This document shows positions 19,780-32,242 of a stretch of 64,000 nucleotides of DNA, one piece after another. The notes under the pieces were generated by a model. It was not told the origin of the DNA, ran no database searches, and saw nothing but the letters and a program-made list of their open reading frames with translations. Made by a program: the position numbers and the translations under genes. Source of the DNA: an uncultured Actinomycetota bacterium (GTDB lineage: Bacteria > Actinomycetota > Actinomycetes > JAHEKZ01); assembly GCA_963718235.1 (NCBI GenBank), contig CAVQYR010000001.1, forward strand, positions 512,001-576,000. The letters are read 5' to 3'. Numbering within the stretch: position 1 is the stretch's first letter; every line of letters begins with the position of its first letter.

Positions 19780-20622
19780 TCAGGACTTGGCGGGCGTGAA
19801 CGACATGTGGCGATAGCCGGACTCGTCAAGCACCACCACGGTCGACTCGGGCACCTCGAGAAAGGCCCCCGGTAGGTCGTTCAGCGGCTCGGAGACGATG
19901 ACGTGGGCCGCCTCGCCAAAGGTATTCAGGCGCTCGACGTCCGGGTACATCTGCCGCAGTGCGCTGATGTCCGCGGAGTGGAACAGGCTGCGCGACTGGC
20001 CCTGCGAGGAGTACCGGAAGGCCCAGACCGTCGCGCCGTCGGAGACCGCGAGGGTGCCCTGCATCGGGAAGCGGATGTCGTGGGCGTGGCCCACCGACTC
20101 GACGAGCTCGATCGTTCGCTGCATGGCGGTAACCGGGTCGTCGCGCAGGTCGAAGGTGAGCGCGAGGTGGAACAACACCTCCGAGTCGGTCGTCCCCTTG
20201 ATGTCCGGGTACAGGGACGGGTCGACGGCGAACGTGAGCTCGCGCTTGACGGAGCCGAAGTCGGCGAGGGCGCCGTTGTGCATGAACAGCCAGTTCTCGA
20301 AGCGGAAGGGGTGGCAGTTCGTCTGCTGGATCGGTGGCCCCGCAGCGGCTCGCACGTGGGAGAAGAACAGAGGCGAGGACACGGCCTGGGTGATCTCACG
20401 CAGGTTCTGGTCGTTCCACGCGGGCTCGGTGCTGTGGAACACGCCCGGAGTCACGGGCGAGGACCCGGCGTCGGGGTACCAGCCGAAGCCGAAGCCGTCA
20501 CCGTTAACGGTCTCCGCGCCCAGGGGCGAGTCGAGGGACTGGGCGACCAGGGAGTGCTTGGGGTGCAAGACCAGTTCTGAGGCTCGGATCGGTTCACCTG
20601 AGTACGCCAGCCAACGGCACAT
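19780..20622 (-). CDS. Class II glutamine amidotransferase (EgtC/YafJ-like)
   Basis: N-terminal MCRWLAY, NGDGFGFGWY, HVRAA, NCHPF, HNG, GTTDSE. Confidence 0.9.
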   Translation of the reverse strand: MCRWLAYSGEPIRASELVLHPKHSLVAQSLDSPLGAETVNGDGFGFGWYPDAGSSPVTPGVFHSTEPAWNDQNLREITQAVSSPLFFSHVRAAAGPPIQQTNCHPFRFENWLFMHNGALADFGSVKRELTFAVDPSLYPDIKGTTDSEVLFHLALTFDLRDDPVTAMQRTIELVESVGHAHDIRFPMQGTLAVSDGATVWAFRYSSQGQSRSLFHSADISALRQMYPDVERLNTFGEAAHVIVSEPLNDLPGAFLEVPESTVVVLDESGYRHMSFTPAKS

Positions 20623-20714
20623 GGCGAGACCTCCTGACGGGGTCGGTGGGTGCTTCGGGTTGCCAGCTTCGACGCTAGTGTGCGGACGGCCGCACTTCGA
20701 AGGGACTTCTGTCA

Positions 20715-21437
20715 GTGAGCACTCACCTGTCTGCCGAGCCGGGGGCCATCGCCGAGCGGGTCCTGCTGCCCGGTGACCCGCTGCGGGCCCAGTGGGTGGC
20801 GGAGACGTTCCTGGACGACGCGTCCTGCTACAGCAGCGTGCGCAGCATGTTCGGCTACACGGGCACCTTCGAGGGTGTCCCGGTCTCGGTGCAGGGGACG
20901 GGCATGGGGATCCCCTCGATGTCGATCTACGCCCACGAGCTGTTCGCCGAGTACGGCGTGCGCACGGCGATCCGGATCGGAACGGCCGGCGCCCTGAGGC
21001 CGGAGGTCGGGGTCCGCGACGTCGTCCTGGCGCAGGCCGCGAGCACCGACTCCGGGACCAACCGTGGTCGGTTCCCTGGGGTCGACTTCGCCCCGGTGGC
21101 CGACTTCGGGCTGCTCGCGCGGGCCCACGCCATCGCCACCGAGCGCGACCTGTCGGTGCATGTGGGGGGAGTGCTGACCTCCGACCTGTTCTACGGCGAC
21201 CTCGAGGCGACCCTGCGGCTCGCGGAGTTCGGGGTCCTGGCCGTGGAGATGGAGACCAACGCCCTTTACACCCTGGCCGCGCAGTTCGGGGTGCGCGCAC
21301 TGTCGGTGCTCACGATCTCCGACCACCTCCTCACCAAGGAGGAGACCTCGGCCGACGAACGTCAGCGAACCTTCGGTGAGATGGTCGAGGTTGCCCTGCG
21401 GGCTGCCGTCGGCGAGCCCGGAGCCGTACAGTCGTAG
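20715..21437 (+). CDS. deoD: Purine-nucleoside phosphorylase
   Basis: [36 protein letters not shown]. Confidence 0.95.
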   Translation: MSTHLSAEPGAIAERVLLPGDPLRAQWVAETFLDDASCYSSVRSMFGYTGTFEGVPVSVQGTGMGIPSMSIYAHELFAEYGVRTAIRIGTAGALRPEVGVRDVVLAQAASTDSGTNRGRFPGVDFAPVADFGLLARAHAIATERDLSVHVGGVLTSDLFYGDLEATLRLAEFGVLAVEMETNALYTLAAQFGVRALSVLTISDHLLTKEETSADERQRTFGEMVEVALRAAVGEPGAVQS

Positions 21438-21439
21438 GC

Positions 21440-21658
21440 ATGGAAGACACCCCTGTCGACGACGGTCGCAAGCCGACTCCAGACGAGCCACAGGCAACGC
21501 CCGAGGACGACCTGCGCCGCAAGTACCGCGAGGCACTCGATCGCAAGAACCACGCGTCACACGCATCCGCGGCCGAGGCCGAGTCCAGCGGCAAGGCGGT
21601 GGCCGGACACACCAACGCCAAGACCCAGCGGATGTTCCGTCGCAAGTCCGGCGGCTGA
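21440..21658 (+). CDS. DUF5302-like small actinobacterial protein
   Basis: RKYREALDRK...RMFRRKSGG. Confidence 0.75.
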   Translation: MEDTPVDDGRKPTPDEPQATPEDDLRRKYREALDRKNHASHASAAEAESSGKAVAGHTNAKTQRMFRRKSGG

Positions 21659-21700
21659 GGCGTCACGGTCGCATGGCGCCGAGGGGTCGGTGAGGGGACG

Positions 21701-22852
21701 ATGAGCCACTCCGGGCTGTCCGCCGAGCACGAGGCGCTGCGCCGGACGGTGGAGGAGTTCGCACGCGAGGTCGTCGCACCCGTCATGGGTGAGCACGACG
21801 AGGCCCACACGTTTCCCTACGACGTCGTCCGGCAGATGGGCGAGCTGGGCCTGTTCGGCCTGCCGTTCCCGGAGGAGTACGGAGGACAAGGGGGCGACTA
21901 CTTCGCCCTGTGCCTGGCGATCGAGGAGCTGGCCAGGGTCGACTCCTCGGTGGCGATCACCCTCGAGGCGGCGGTCTCACTGGGAGCGATGCCGCTGTTC
22001 CGGTTCGGCACGCCCGAGCAGTGTCGTCAGTGGCTCCCCGAGCTGACCTCCGGACGCCGACTGGGTGCCTTCGGGCTCACCGAGCCCGCCAGCGGCTCCG
22101 ACGCCGGCGGACTGGCCACCTCGGCGGTCCGCGACGGCGACGAGTGGGTCATCAACGGCAGCAAGTCCTTCATCACCAACTCCGGCACGGACATCACCGG
22201 GTTCGTGACCGTGGCCTCCGTCACCGGCCGCAAGCCCGACGGGCGACCGGAGATCTCGACGATCCTGGTGCCCGCCGGCACCCCCGGTCTGACCGTCGAC
22301 CCTGCGTACTCCAAGGTCGGCTGGAACGCCTCGGACACCCACGGGCTGACCTTCGACGACTGTCGGGTGCCGGTGGGCAACCTCGTCGGTGAGGAGGGGC
22401 GCGGCTACGCCCAGTTCCTGCAGATCCTCGACGAGGGCCGGATCGCGATCGCTGCGCTGTCCGTGGGACTGGCCCAGGGGTGCCTCGACGAGTCCCTGCG
22501 GTACGCCGGCGAGCGTCAGGCGTTCGGTGCGCCGATCGGCGCCAACCAGGCGATCGCCTTCAAGGTGGCTGACCTCGAGGTGCGGGCGTACACGGCACGG
22601 CTGGCCTACTACGAGGCCGCGCGCCTGATGGCGGCCGGCGTGCCGTTCAAGCGTCAGGCAGCAATCGCCAAGCTGTACGCCTCGGAGGCCGCCGTCACCA
22701 ACGCGCGCGAGGCGACGCAGATCTTCGGGGGCTACGGGTTCATGAACGAGTATCCCGTGGCCCGGATGTGGCGCGACAGCAAGGTGCTCGAGATCGGTGA
22801 GGGCACCTCAGAGGTGCAGCGGATGCTCATCGCCCGCGACCTGGGGCTGTGA
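21701..22852 (+). CDS. Acyl-CoA dehydrogenase
   Basis: FGLTEPASGSDA, INGSKSFITN, RQAFG, IFGGYGF, EIGEGTSEVQ. Confidence 0.95.
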   Translation: MSHSGLSAEHEALRRTVEEFAREVVAPVMGEHDEAHTFPYDVVRQMGELGLFGLPFPEEYGGQGGDYFALCLAIEELARVDSSVAITLEAAVSLGAMPLFRFGTPEQCRQWLPELTSGRRLGAFGLTEPASGSDAGGLATSAVRDGDEWVINGSKSFITNSGTDITGFVTVASVTGRKPDGRPEISTILVPAGTPGLTVDPAYSKVGWNASDTHGLTFDDCRVPVGNLVGEEGRGYAQFLQILDEGRIAIAALSVGLAQGCLDESLRYAGERQAFGAPIGANQAIAFKVADLEVRAYTARLAYYEAARLMAAGVPFKRQAAIAKLYASEAAVTNAREATQIFGGYGFMNEYPVARMWRDSKVLEIGEGTSEVQRMLIARDLGL

Positions 22853-22886
22853 CCGACCGAATCCGAACATCCCTGTCGCCGCCGGC

Positions 22887-23396
22887 TCAGGGAAGCGGGT
22901 CGATGATCTCCTGGTGGGCCTGCGCGTTGCGGGCGAACGAGGCCTCGATCTCCAGCTCGGTCTCGGCCCGGTTGGCCCAGGTGGCGCCCTCGACTGACTT
23001 GCCGGGCTCGAGGTCCTTGTAGACCTCGAAGAAGTGCTGGATCTCCAGCTTGTCGAACTCGGGCATGTGGTGGATGTCGCGCAGGTGCTCCTTGCGCGGA
23101 TCGTGCGCGGGGACGCAGACCACCTTGTCGTCGCCGCCGGCCTCGTCGGTCATCCGGAACATCCCGATGGCGCGGCACATGATCACGCACCCGGGGAAGG
23201 TCGGCTCGTCGAGCAGGACGAGCGCGTCGAGCGGGTCGCCGTCCTGGCCCAGGGTGTTCTCGATGAAGCCGTAGTCGGCTGGGTACCGGGTCGAGGTGAA
23301 CAGCATCCGGTCGAGGCGGATGCGCCCGGTGTTCTTGTCCAGCTCGTACTTGTTGCGGTGACCCATGGGGATCTCCACGAAGACGTCGAACTCCAC
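22887..23396 (-). CDS. ppa: Inorganic pyrophosphatase
   Basis: [40 protein letters not shown]. Confidence 0.95.
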   Translation of the reverse strand: MEFDVFVEIPMGHRNKYELDKNTGRIRLDRMLFTSTRYPADYGFIENTLGQDGDPLDALVLLDEPTFPGCVIMCRAIGMFRMTDEAGGDDKVVCVPAHDPRKEHLRDIHHMPEFDKLEIQHFFEVYKDLEPGKSVEGATWANRAETELEIEASFARNAQAHQEIIDPLP

Positions 23397-23611
23397 GTCG
23401 GCACCTCTCGGGTCCTTGTCGCCAGGGCCGGTTCCGCCGGACCCGTGTGGGGCGGCAGCCGGATGGGGTCCAGTCTCGCGCAGCGGACGACGCCCCGGGG
23501 AGCCGGGTCGAGGTGGTCCCCCGACCGGGCTAGGTCCTAAGGTCCGGGAGCACTGGACCGAGCACTGTCCGAGCACTGACCTGACCCACTCGTACCGGAG
23601 GAGCCGTCACC

Positions 23612-25045
23612 GTGCGCCGCATGACCCCCCTGCGCTGGCTTCTGGTGGCCGGCCTGGCTGCGGTCACCCTCGTGGTGGTGCTGCTCGACGTCTCCGGGGT
23701 CCTGTTCCCGAGCGGGGCCCCGGACCAGGCATCGAGCTCAGCATCGAGCTCAGTCTCGACGTCGGCCCCTGCCGACACCACGCCCCAGCCGTCGGCCACG
23801 GCCGCGAGCGGCCTCCCGGTCGACCTGCCGCTGCAGCCGGTCGACCTGACCCTCGAGGCACCGATGGGCCCGGTGCTGGCCCGGGCGCTGCGTCGGGACC
23901 TGACCGACCCGGCCCTGGGCGAGTCGGTGAGCGCCGTGGTGGTCGACGCCACCGGCAGCACGCTCTTCGCGAGCCGCACCTCCGCGCCGGTGGTCCCGGC
24001 GTCCAGCCTGAAGCTGGTCACCGCGATCGCCGTCCTGCAGAACCTCGGTCCGGGCACTCGCCTCGAGACCCGGGTGGTCGAGGCGACGCGCCCCGGCGAG
24101 ATCGTGCTCGTCGGAGGGGGGGACTCCACGCTGGTCCGGGAGAGCGCCCTTCGGGGTCCGGACGCGTCGGCCTCCCTGCGCCAACTGGCGCGCGACACTG
24201 CCGCCACCTTGCGGAGCGACGGCCGAGCTGCCGTGCGCCTTGCCTACGACGACACGGCGTTCGTCGGGCCCGCGGTGTCCCCGGCCTGGGAGCCGACCTA
24301 CGTGTCGAGCGGGGTCATCGCCCCGGTCACCGCGCTGATGGTCGACCAGGGTCTGGCCGACCCCAACTCCGGGACACTGGCCCGCGTCGAGGACCCGGCC
24401 GTGCAGGCGGCGTCGGTGTTCGCTGCCGAGCTCAAGGCGGCGGGGGTCCGCGTGCTCGGGCCACTGCGACCAGTCAGCGCACCGACCGGGGCGGCGGTCG
24501 TCGCGGCGGTGGAGTCGCCCCCGGTCGACCTGTTGGTGCAGCGGATGCTCACCGACTCGGACAACCAGCTCGCCGAGGCGCTGGGTCGGCTGGCCGCGCA
24601 AGCCGCGGGACGCCCGGCGAGCTTCGTCGGGGCGGCGGCCACCCTGCGGGCCGCGGCAGCCGAGGCGGGCGTCTCGGTGACGGGGCTTCGGGTCTTCGAC
24701 GCAAGTGGTCTGTCCCGAGACGACCGGCTGACCGTGCCGACGCTGGCTGAGTGCCTGGTCGCCGCGGTGTCCGACGACGCGCTGCGCCCGATGCTCGTGG
24801 GCCTCCCCGTGGCCGGCTTCAGCGGAACTTTGGTCGATCGGTATCTCACGGCCCCCAGCCGGGCCGCGGCTGGGGTGCTGCGGGCCAAGACCGGGACCCT
24901 GACCGGGATCACGGCCGAGGCGGGGCTGGTCAGGTCGGCCGACGGAGGGCTGCGGGTCTTCGCCGTCGTCGCCGACGCCGTGCCCTACGACACCGACGCT
25001 GCCCGCGCCGCCCTGGACGACGCCGTGAGCCGCCTGGCGTCCTGA
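23612..25045 (+). CDS. dacB: D-alanyl-D-alanine carboxypeptidase/endopeptidase (PBP4, peptidase S13)
   Basis: PASSLK, SDN, DASGLS, AKTGTL; canonical synteny. Confidence 0.9.
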   Translation: MRRMTPLRWLLVAGLAAVTLVVVLLDVSGVLFPSGAPDQASSSASSSVSTSAPADTTPQPSATAASGLPVDLPLQPVDLTLEAPMGPVLARALRRDLTDPALGESVSAVVVDATGSTLFASRTSAPVVPASSLKLVTAIAVLQNLGPGTRLETRVVEATRPGEIVLVGGGDSTLVRESALRGPDASASLRQLARDTAATLRSDGRAAVRLAYDDTAFVGPAVSPAWEPTYVSSGVIAPVTALMVDQGLADPNSGTLARVEDPAVQAASVFAAELKAAGVRVLGPLRPVSAPTGAAVVAAVESPPVDLLVQRMLTDSDNQLAEALGRLAAQAAGRPASFVGAAATLRAAAAEAGVSVTGLRVFDASGLSRDDRLTVPTLAECLVAAVSDDALRPMLVGLPVAGFSGTLVDRYLTAPSRAAAGVLRAKTGTLTGITAEAGLVRSADGGLRVFAVVADAVPYDTDAARAALDDAVSRLAS

Positions 25046-25087
25046 GCGCGTCGGCGGGCCAGCCGGTCACGCCGTACGGTGGCTGCC

Positions 25088-26161
25088 ATGGCAGACAGCG
25101 TGGTCGACTGGGGAACGGCAGTGTCCACCGGCGCGCGGATCGCCGGCGCCGGGCCGGTGCTGAGCCTCGACGAGGCGCGGGCCGCCGTCAGCGACCTGCG
25201 TGCCTGTGCCCGGGAGGCCGTGGGCTACGTCGCCGAGCACACCGGTCTGGTCGCACCGGCCACACCGGGTGCGGTCACCGTCGTCGACCGGCGGGGGTGG
25301 ATCACGGCCAACGTCGAGGGCTTCGCCGCGGTGATCGACCCGGTCCTCGCCCGGCTGCGGGCTCAGCGGTCCGCGAACGGATCGGCGGTGCTGGGTCGCG
25401 TGACGGCCACCGTCACCGGTGCCGAGGTGGGGGCCGCGCTCGGCTTCCTGGGGTCGAAGGTGCTGGGGCAGTACGAGCTGTTCACCCCGCCGGGTCAACG
25501 ACCGAGGTTGCTCCTCGTGGCGCCGAACGTGGTCCAGGTGGAGCGCCAGCTCGACGTCGACCCGCACGACTTCCGGCTGTGGGTCTGCCTGCACGAGGAG
25601 ACCCATCGCGTCCAGTTCACCGCGGTCGAGTGGCTGGGGCCGTGGCTTCGCGCCGAGATCGAGGGGTATCTGGCCGTCGTCGACCTCGACCCGCAGGCGC
25701 TGGCCCAGCGGCTGCGCCAGGTCGGGGGTACCGCGGTCGGTGCGTTGCGGGGTCTCGACGCGATCGCCGTCCTCGAGACGCTGATGACCCCGCAGGAGAA
25801 GGAGGTGCTCGACCGGCTGACCGCGGTCATGTCCCTGCTCGAGGGTCACGCCGACGTCGTCATGGACGGCGTCGGCCCGCAGGTGGTCGGGTCGGTGACC
25901 ACGATCCGGGAGCGCTTCCAGCAACGACGCTCCGACCCCACGGCCAGCGAGGCGCTGGTGCGTCGCCTGCTGGGCGTGGACAGCAAGCTGAAGCAGTACC
26001 GCGACGGCGCCCGCTTCGTCCGGGCGGTCGTCGAGGAGGTGGGCATGGCCGGGTTCAACCAGGTCTGGACGTCACCGGAGACCCTTCCCCGCCGGGCCGA
26101 GCTGGACGACCCAGCCGGCTGGGTGCGGCGGGTCGTCGGCCCACGGGTGTCCTCGACCTGA
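25088..26161 (+). CDS. Zinc-dependent metalloprotease (Rv3626c-like)
   Basis: CLHEETHRVQF, MSLLEGHA, KLKQY; lies between dacB and tilS. Confidence 0.88.
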   Translation: MADSVVDWGTAVSTGARIAGAGPVLSLDEARAAVSDLRACAREAVGYVAEHTGLVAPATPGAVTVVDRRGWITANVEGFAAVIDPVLARLRAQRSANGSAVLGRVTATVTGAEVGAALGFLGSKVLGQYELFTPPGQRPRLLLVAPNVVQVERQLDVDPHDFRLWVCLHEETHRVQFTAVEWLGPWLRAEIEGYLAVVDLDPQALAQRLRQVGGTAVGALRGLDAIAVLETLMTPQEKEVLDRLTAVMSLLEGHADVVMDGVGPQVVGSVTTIRERFQQRRSDPTASEALVRRLLGVDSKLKQYRDGARFVRAVVEEVGMAGFNQVWTSPETLPRRAELDDPAGWVRRVVGPRVSST

Positions 26162-27216
26162 TGGAAGACGCGCTGTGGCAGCTGCGTCGAGAGGTGCGGC
26201 GAGGCCTCGCCGACGTCGAGCCGGGCCGCTCGCTGGTGGTCGGGCTCAGCGGAGGGCCGGACTCGCTGGCCCTGGCCGCGGCGACAGCAGCCGAGGCGCA
26301 CGACCCGGCGTGGCGGGTCACCGGGGTGGTGGTCGACCACGGACTCCAGGACGGGTCGGGCGCGACGGCGGACGCGGCGGCAGCCCACGGCCTGGCCGTC
26401 GGCCTGGACCAGGTGGAGGTCGTTCCGGTCGACGTCGTCGCCGACGGAGCGGGGCCGGAGGCCGCGGCCCGAGCAGCCCGATACGCCGCGCTGTCCGCAG
26501 CGGCGTCGCGGCTCGGGTCGGTCGCGGTGCTGCTCGGGCACACCCTGGACGACCAGGCCGAGACGGTGCTCCTGGGGCTCGCCCGAGGGTCCGGGGCCCG
26601 GTCGCTGGCGGGGATGTCCCCGCGTCGTGGGCTGTTTCGTCGCCCGCTGCTCGGTGTGCGCCGCACGGTCACCCACCAGGTGTGCACCACCCTCGGGATC
26701 ACCCCGTGGCAGGACCCGCACAACCACGATCCGAGCTTCACCCGGGTGCGGGTGCGCCACGGCGCGCTGCCCGCGCTCCAGGCCGCCCTCGGTGACCGGG
26801 TCGTGGAGTCCCTGGCCCGCACCGCGGACCGGCTGAGGGAGGACGACGACGCGCTGGCCCAGTGGGCGAGCGAGGCGCTGGACCAGGCGCTGGCCCAGCC
26901 GCTGAGGCAGCCGCTGAACGAGGCGCCTTGCGAGGCCGAGCGGCTCGGCCTCGACGTGGAGCGGCTGGCCGGCCTTCCGGCCGCGGTGCGCCGCCGGGTG
27001 CTCCGGTTGGCCGCACTGCGCGCCGACGTGCCGTCGGGCTCGTTGACCACCGGGCACCTGCTGGCCGTCGACGCCCTGGTCGTCGACTGGCACGGCCAGG
27101 GCGCGGTGTCCCTGCCTGGAGGCGTCAGCGCCGTTCGGCGCTGTGGCAGGCTCTCCCTCGCCGGCGACGTCGCTCGCGGGCAAAGCCAGCCGACTCCCAC
27201 CCACGACGGACCGTGA
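26161..27216 (+). CDS. tilS: tRNA(Ile)-lysidine synthetase
   Basis: SGGPDSLAL, DHGLQ, ARAARY, GHTLDDQAETVLL. Confidence 0.95.
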   Translation: MEDALWQLRREVRRGLADVEPGRSLVVGLSGGPDSLALAAATAAEAHDPAWRVTGVVVDHGLQDGSGATADAAAAHGLAVGLDQVEVVPVDVVADGAGPEAAARAARYAALSAAASRLGSVAVLLGHTLDDQAETVLLGLARGSGARSLAGMSPRRGLFRRPLLGVRRTVTHQVCTTLGITPWQDPHNHDPSFTRVRVRHGALPALQAALGDRVVESLARTADRLREDDDALAQWASEALDQALAQPLRQPLNEAPCEAERLGLDVERLAGLPAAVRRRVLRLAALRADVPSGSLTTGHLLAVDALVVDWHGQGAVSLPGGVSAVRRCGRLSLAGDVARGQSQPTPTHDGP

Positions 27217-27225
27217 AGGGGCAGC

Positions 27226-27783
27226 GTGGACGCGGACGACATGGGCCAGGACCTCTCGGGGATCCTGGTCTCCGAGCAGGAGATCCAGGAGCGCGTCCAG
27301 GCCCTGGCGGCTGAGATCAGTGCCGACTACGCCGACCGTGACCTGCTGCTCGTGGGTGTCCTCAAGGGCGCGGTCATGGTGATGGCCGACCTCTCCCGCG
27401 CGCTGCACGCCCCCGTCGAGATGGACTGGATGGCGGTCTCGTCGTACGGGTCCGGCACGCGCTCGTCCGGAGTGGTCCGGATCCTGAAGGACCTCGACCG
27501 GGACATCACCGACCGCCACGTCCTGGTCGTCGAGGACATCGTCGACTCCGGTCTCACCCTGTCGTGGCTGCTGCGGAACCTGCGCTCGCGAGGGCCCGCC
27601 TCGGTCGAGGTCTGCGCCCTGCTGCGCAAGCCCGATGCGGTGACGGTGCCGGTCGGCGTCAAGTACGTGGGGTTCGACATCCCCAACGAGTTCGTCGTGG
27701 GGTACGGGCTGGACTACGCGGAGCGGTACCGGAACCTGCCGTTCATCGGCACACTCGCCCAGCACGTCTACGGGCGCAGCTGA
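27226..27783 (+). CDS. hpt: Hypoxanthine phosphoribosyltransferase
   Basis: [25 protein letters not shown]. Confidence 0.97.
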   Translation: MDADDMGQDLSGILVSEQEIQERVQALAAEISADYADRDLLLVGVLKGAVMVMADLSRALHAPVEMDWMAVSSYGSGTRSSGVVRILKDLDRDITDRHVLVVEDIVDSGLTLSWLLRNLRSRGPASVEVCALLRKPDAVTVPVGVKYVGFDIPNEFVVGYGLDYAERYRNLPFIGTLAQHVYGRS

Positions 27784-27803
27784 CCGGTCTTCGTCTCTCC
27801 CCG

Positions 27804-27830
27804 GGAACAATCCTTGCCCCGCCGCCCGTT
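27804..27830 (+). promoter_or_regulatory. SigH/SigR-type promoter GGAACA-N17-CGTT upstream of ftsH
   Basis: Matches the mycobacterial SigH/SigE and Streptomyces SigR consensus; same spacing upstream of clpC. Confidence 0.6.
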
Positions 27831-27934
27831 CCTGGGGCGCGGGCCTCTGCGACCGGCGTGGGGCCGGTGTACCGTCGAACGTCCGTACGACCGTTGATCC
27901 CGGCAGGAGGTAGGGGCGCCGCACGCCCCCCACG

Positions 27935-29948
<2,014 letters not shown>

Positions 29949-29951
29949 CCG

Positions 29952-30566
29952 GTGGTCGACCGGATCTCGATGGGCCAGGCGTCGAGCCGCGAGCCCGCGC
30001 CGTTCGACCACGAGCGTGCGGCTGCCGCCGTCACCGAGCTGCTGCTGGCGATCGGCGAGGACCCCGAGCGCGACGGGCTCAAGGACACACCGGCCCGGGT
30101 GGCGCGCATGTTCGCCGAGACCTTCGCCGGCCTGCGTCAACGCCCCGAGGACGTGCTCACCACCACCTTCGACCTCGGGCACGACGAGATGGTGATGGTG
30201 AAGGACATCGAGGTGTACAGCACCTGCGAGCACCACCTGGTGCCGTTCCACGGGGTGGCCCACGTGGGCTACATCCCCAGTGAGTCCGGCCGGATCACCG
30301 GGCTGTCCAAGCTGGCCCGGCTGGTCGACGTGTTCGCTCGTCGGCCACAGGTGCAGGAGCGGCTCACCACCCAGGTCGCCGACTCGCTGGTCGAGCTGCT
30401 GGACCCCCGAGGAGTCATTGTGGTCGTGGAGTGCGAGCACCTGTGCATGTCGATGCGGGGGGTGCGCAAGCCAGGGGCGCGCACGGTCACGTCGGCCGTG
30501 CGCGGCCAGCTGCGTGACGCCGCCACCCGGGCCGAGGCGATGAGCCTGATCCTCGACCCCCGCTGA
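29952..30566 (+). CDS. folE: GTP cyclohydrolase I
   Basis: [32 protein letters not shown]. Confidence 0.97.
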   Translation: MVDRISMGQASSREPAPFDHERAAAAVTELLLAIGEDPERDGLKDTPARVARMFAETFAGLRQRPEDVLTTTFDLGHDEMVMVKDIEVYSTCEHHLVPFHGVAHVGYIPSESGRITGLSKLARLVDVFARRPQVQERLTTQVADSLVELLDPRGVIVVVECEHLCMSMRGVRKPGARTVTSAVRGQLRDAATRAEAMSLILDPR

Positions 30567-30594
30567 CCACCGGCCCACGCTCTAGGCTCCAGCC

Positions 30595-31458
30595 GTGACC
30601 CTTCGACCCGTGGCCGGTCTCCCCGACCGGCTGTCCGTCGACCGGTGTCTGGTCATGGGTGTGGTCAACGTGACCCCGGACTCGTTCTCCGACGGCGGCT
30701 CCTACCTGGACGTCGACGCAGCGGTCACCCGGGGACGACACCTGGCCGCCACCGGCGCCGACCTGGTCGACGTGGGTGGGGAGTCGACCCGGCCCGGCGC
30801 GCAGCGGGTGAGTGCCGCTGAGGAGATCGCCCGTGTCGGTCCCGTCGTCGAGCAGCTCGTCGCGGGCGGCGTGCTCGTCAGCATCGACACGATGCGGGCC
30901 GAGGTGGCGCAGGCAGCCGTGGCGGCGGGGGCCGTGCTGGTCAACGATGTGAGTGGGGGTCTGGCCGACCCGCAGATGCTTGCCTTTCTCGCGACCTCCC
31001 GAACCCCGTGCGTGCTCATGCACTGGCGGGGGCACAGCGACCACATGATGGGCCGCACCGACTACCCGTCAGGAGTGGTCGCGGAGGTTCGGTCCGAGCT
31101 GCGGGCGCGACTGGACGACGCCGTCGACGCCGGTGTCGAGGTCGACCGGATCGTGCTGGACCCCGGGATCGGATTCGCCAAGGAGCCGGCCGACAACTGG
31201 CCGCTGCTGGCCGAGCTGGACGTGCTGATGGGTCTGGGGCGTCCGGTGCTGGTGGGTGCGTCGCGCAAGCGCTTCCTGGGGGTCGCCCTCGGCTCCTCGC
31301 AGGTGCCGAGGCCCGCTGAGGAACGTGACCAGGCCACCGCGGCGGTCACCGCGCTGGTGGCGGCCGCAGGCGCCTGGTGCGTGCGCGTGCACGAGGTCGC
31401 GGCCAGCCACGACGCCGTCCAGGTGGCGTCCGCGTTGCGAGGGGCGAGCCGGCGGTGA
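30595..31458 (+). CDS. folP: Dihydropteroate synthase
   Basis: VNVTPDSFSDGG, GGESTRPGA, DPGIGFAK, SRKRF. Confidence 0.97.
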   Translation: MTLRPVAGLPDRLSVDRCLVMGVVNVTPDSFSDGGSYLDVDAAVTRGRHLAATGADLVDVGGESTRPGAQRVSAAEEIARVGPVVEQLVAGGVLVSIDTMRAEVAQAAVAAGAVLVNDVSGGLADPQMLAFLATSRTPCVLMHWRGHSDHMMGRTDYPSGVVAEVRSELRARLDDAVDAGVEVDRIVLDPGIGFAKEPADNWPLLAELDVLMGLGRPVLVGASRKRFLGVALGSSQVPRPAEERDQATAAVTALVAAAGAWCVRVHEVAASHDAVQVASALRGASRR

Positions 31459-31883
31459 GCGCTGACGCGGACGTGCAGGCGGTCGAGGCGGCCAACGCGG
31501 CCCTGTACGACGCCTTCGAGCGGGCAGACGTCGACGCCATGGCACAGGTCTGGGTCGGCGGGGCGCTGGCGTCGTCGGCGTGGTGCGTGCACCCGGGGTC
31601 GGCCCCGGTGGTGGGTCGCGACGCCGTCCTGCGGTCCTGGACCCTCCTCATGGCCAACACCGCCTACATCCAGTTCGTCCTGACCGGCGTCACGGTGCGG
31701 GTCGACGGCGACCATGCCGTGGTCACCTGTACCGAGAACGTGCTCACCGCCCACTCCGACGAGAGTGACCTCGGCGGCGGCGCGGCCGTCGCGACCAATG
31801 CGTTCCTGCGCGAGGACGGCCGATGGAGGGTGTGGCTGCACCACGCCTCGCCGATCCTGGGCAGCGAGCAGGAGGCGTCGTGA
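31455..31883 (+). CDS. NTF2/SnoaL-like protein
   Basis: ANAALYDAFE, CVHPG, ATNAF, WLHHAS; usual neighbour of folP in actinomycetes. Confidence 0.85.
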   Translation: MSADADVQAVEAANAALYDAFERADVDAMAQVWVGGALASSAWCVHPGSAPVVGRDAVLRSWTLLMANTAYIQFVLTGVTVRVDGDHAVVTCTENVLTAHSDESDLGGGAAVATNAFLREDGRWRVWLHHASPILGSEQEAS

Positions 31884-32242
31884 CCGACCACATCGAGGTG
31901 CTGGGAATCCGCACGTTCGGCCACCACGGGGTCCTGCCCGAGGAGCGCCGAGATGGTCAGCCGTTCGTCGTCGACCTGGACGTCGAGCTCGACCTGTCGG
32001 CTGCCGCGGCGTCCGATGCACTGGACGACACGGTCGACTACGCCGGCCTGGCCGCCCGAACGGTCGCGCTGGTCGAGTCCGACCCGGTTGACCTGATCGA
32101 GACCGTGGCGTCCCGGGTGGCCGCGATGGTCTTGGAGGACCCGCGGGTCGAGGGTGTCACCGTGACCCTGCACAAGCCGCAGGCGCCGGTCGGTGTGCCC
32201 TTCGACGACGTGCTCGTCCGGCTGCACAGGAGTCGTCCGTGA
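31880..32242 (+). CDS. folB: Dihydroneopterin aldolase
   Basis: GHHGVLPEE, TVDY, LIETVA, HKPQAP. Confidence 0.95.
   Translation: MTDHIEVLGIRTFGHHGVLPEERRDGQPFVVDLDVELDLSAAAASDALDDTVDYAGLAARTVALVESDPVDLIETVASRVAAMVLEDPRVEGVTVTLHKPQAPVGVPFDDVLVRLHRSRP

Noticed and set aside
23400-23520. Possible riboswitch in the ppa leader
   Set aside because: Only GC-rich stems; no fluoride or other aptamer consensus recognised.
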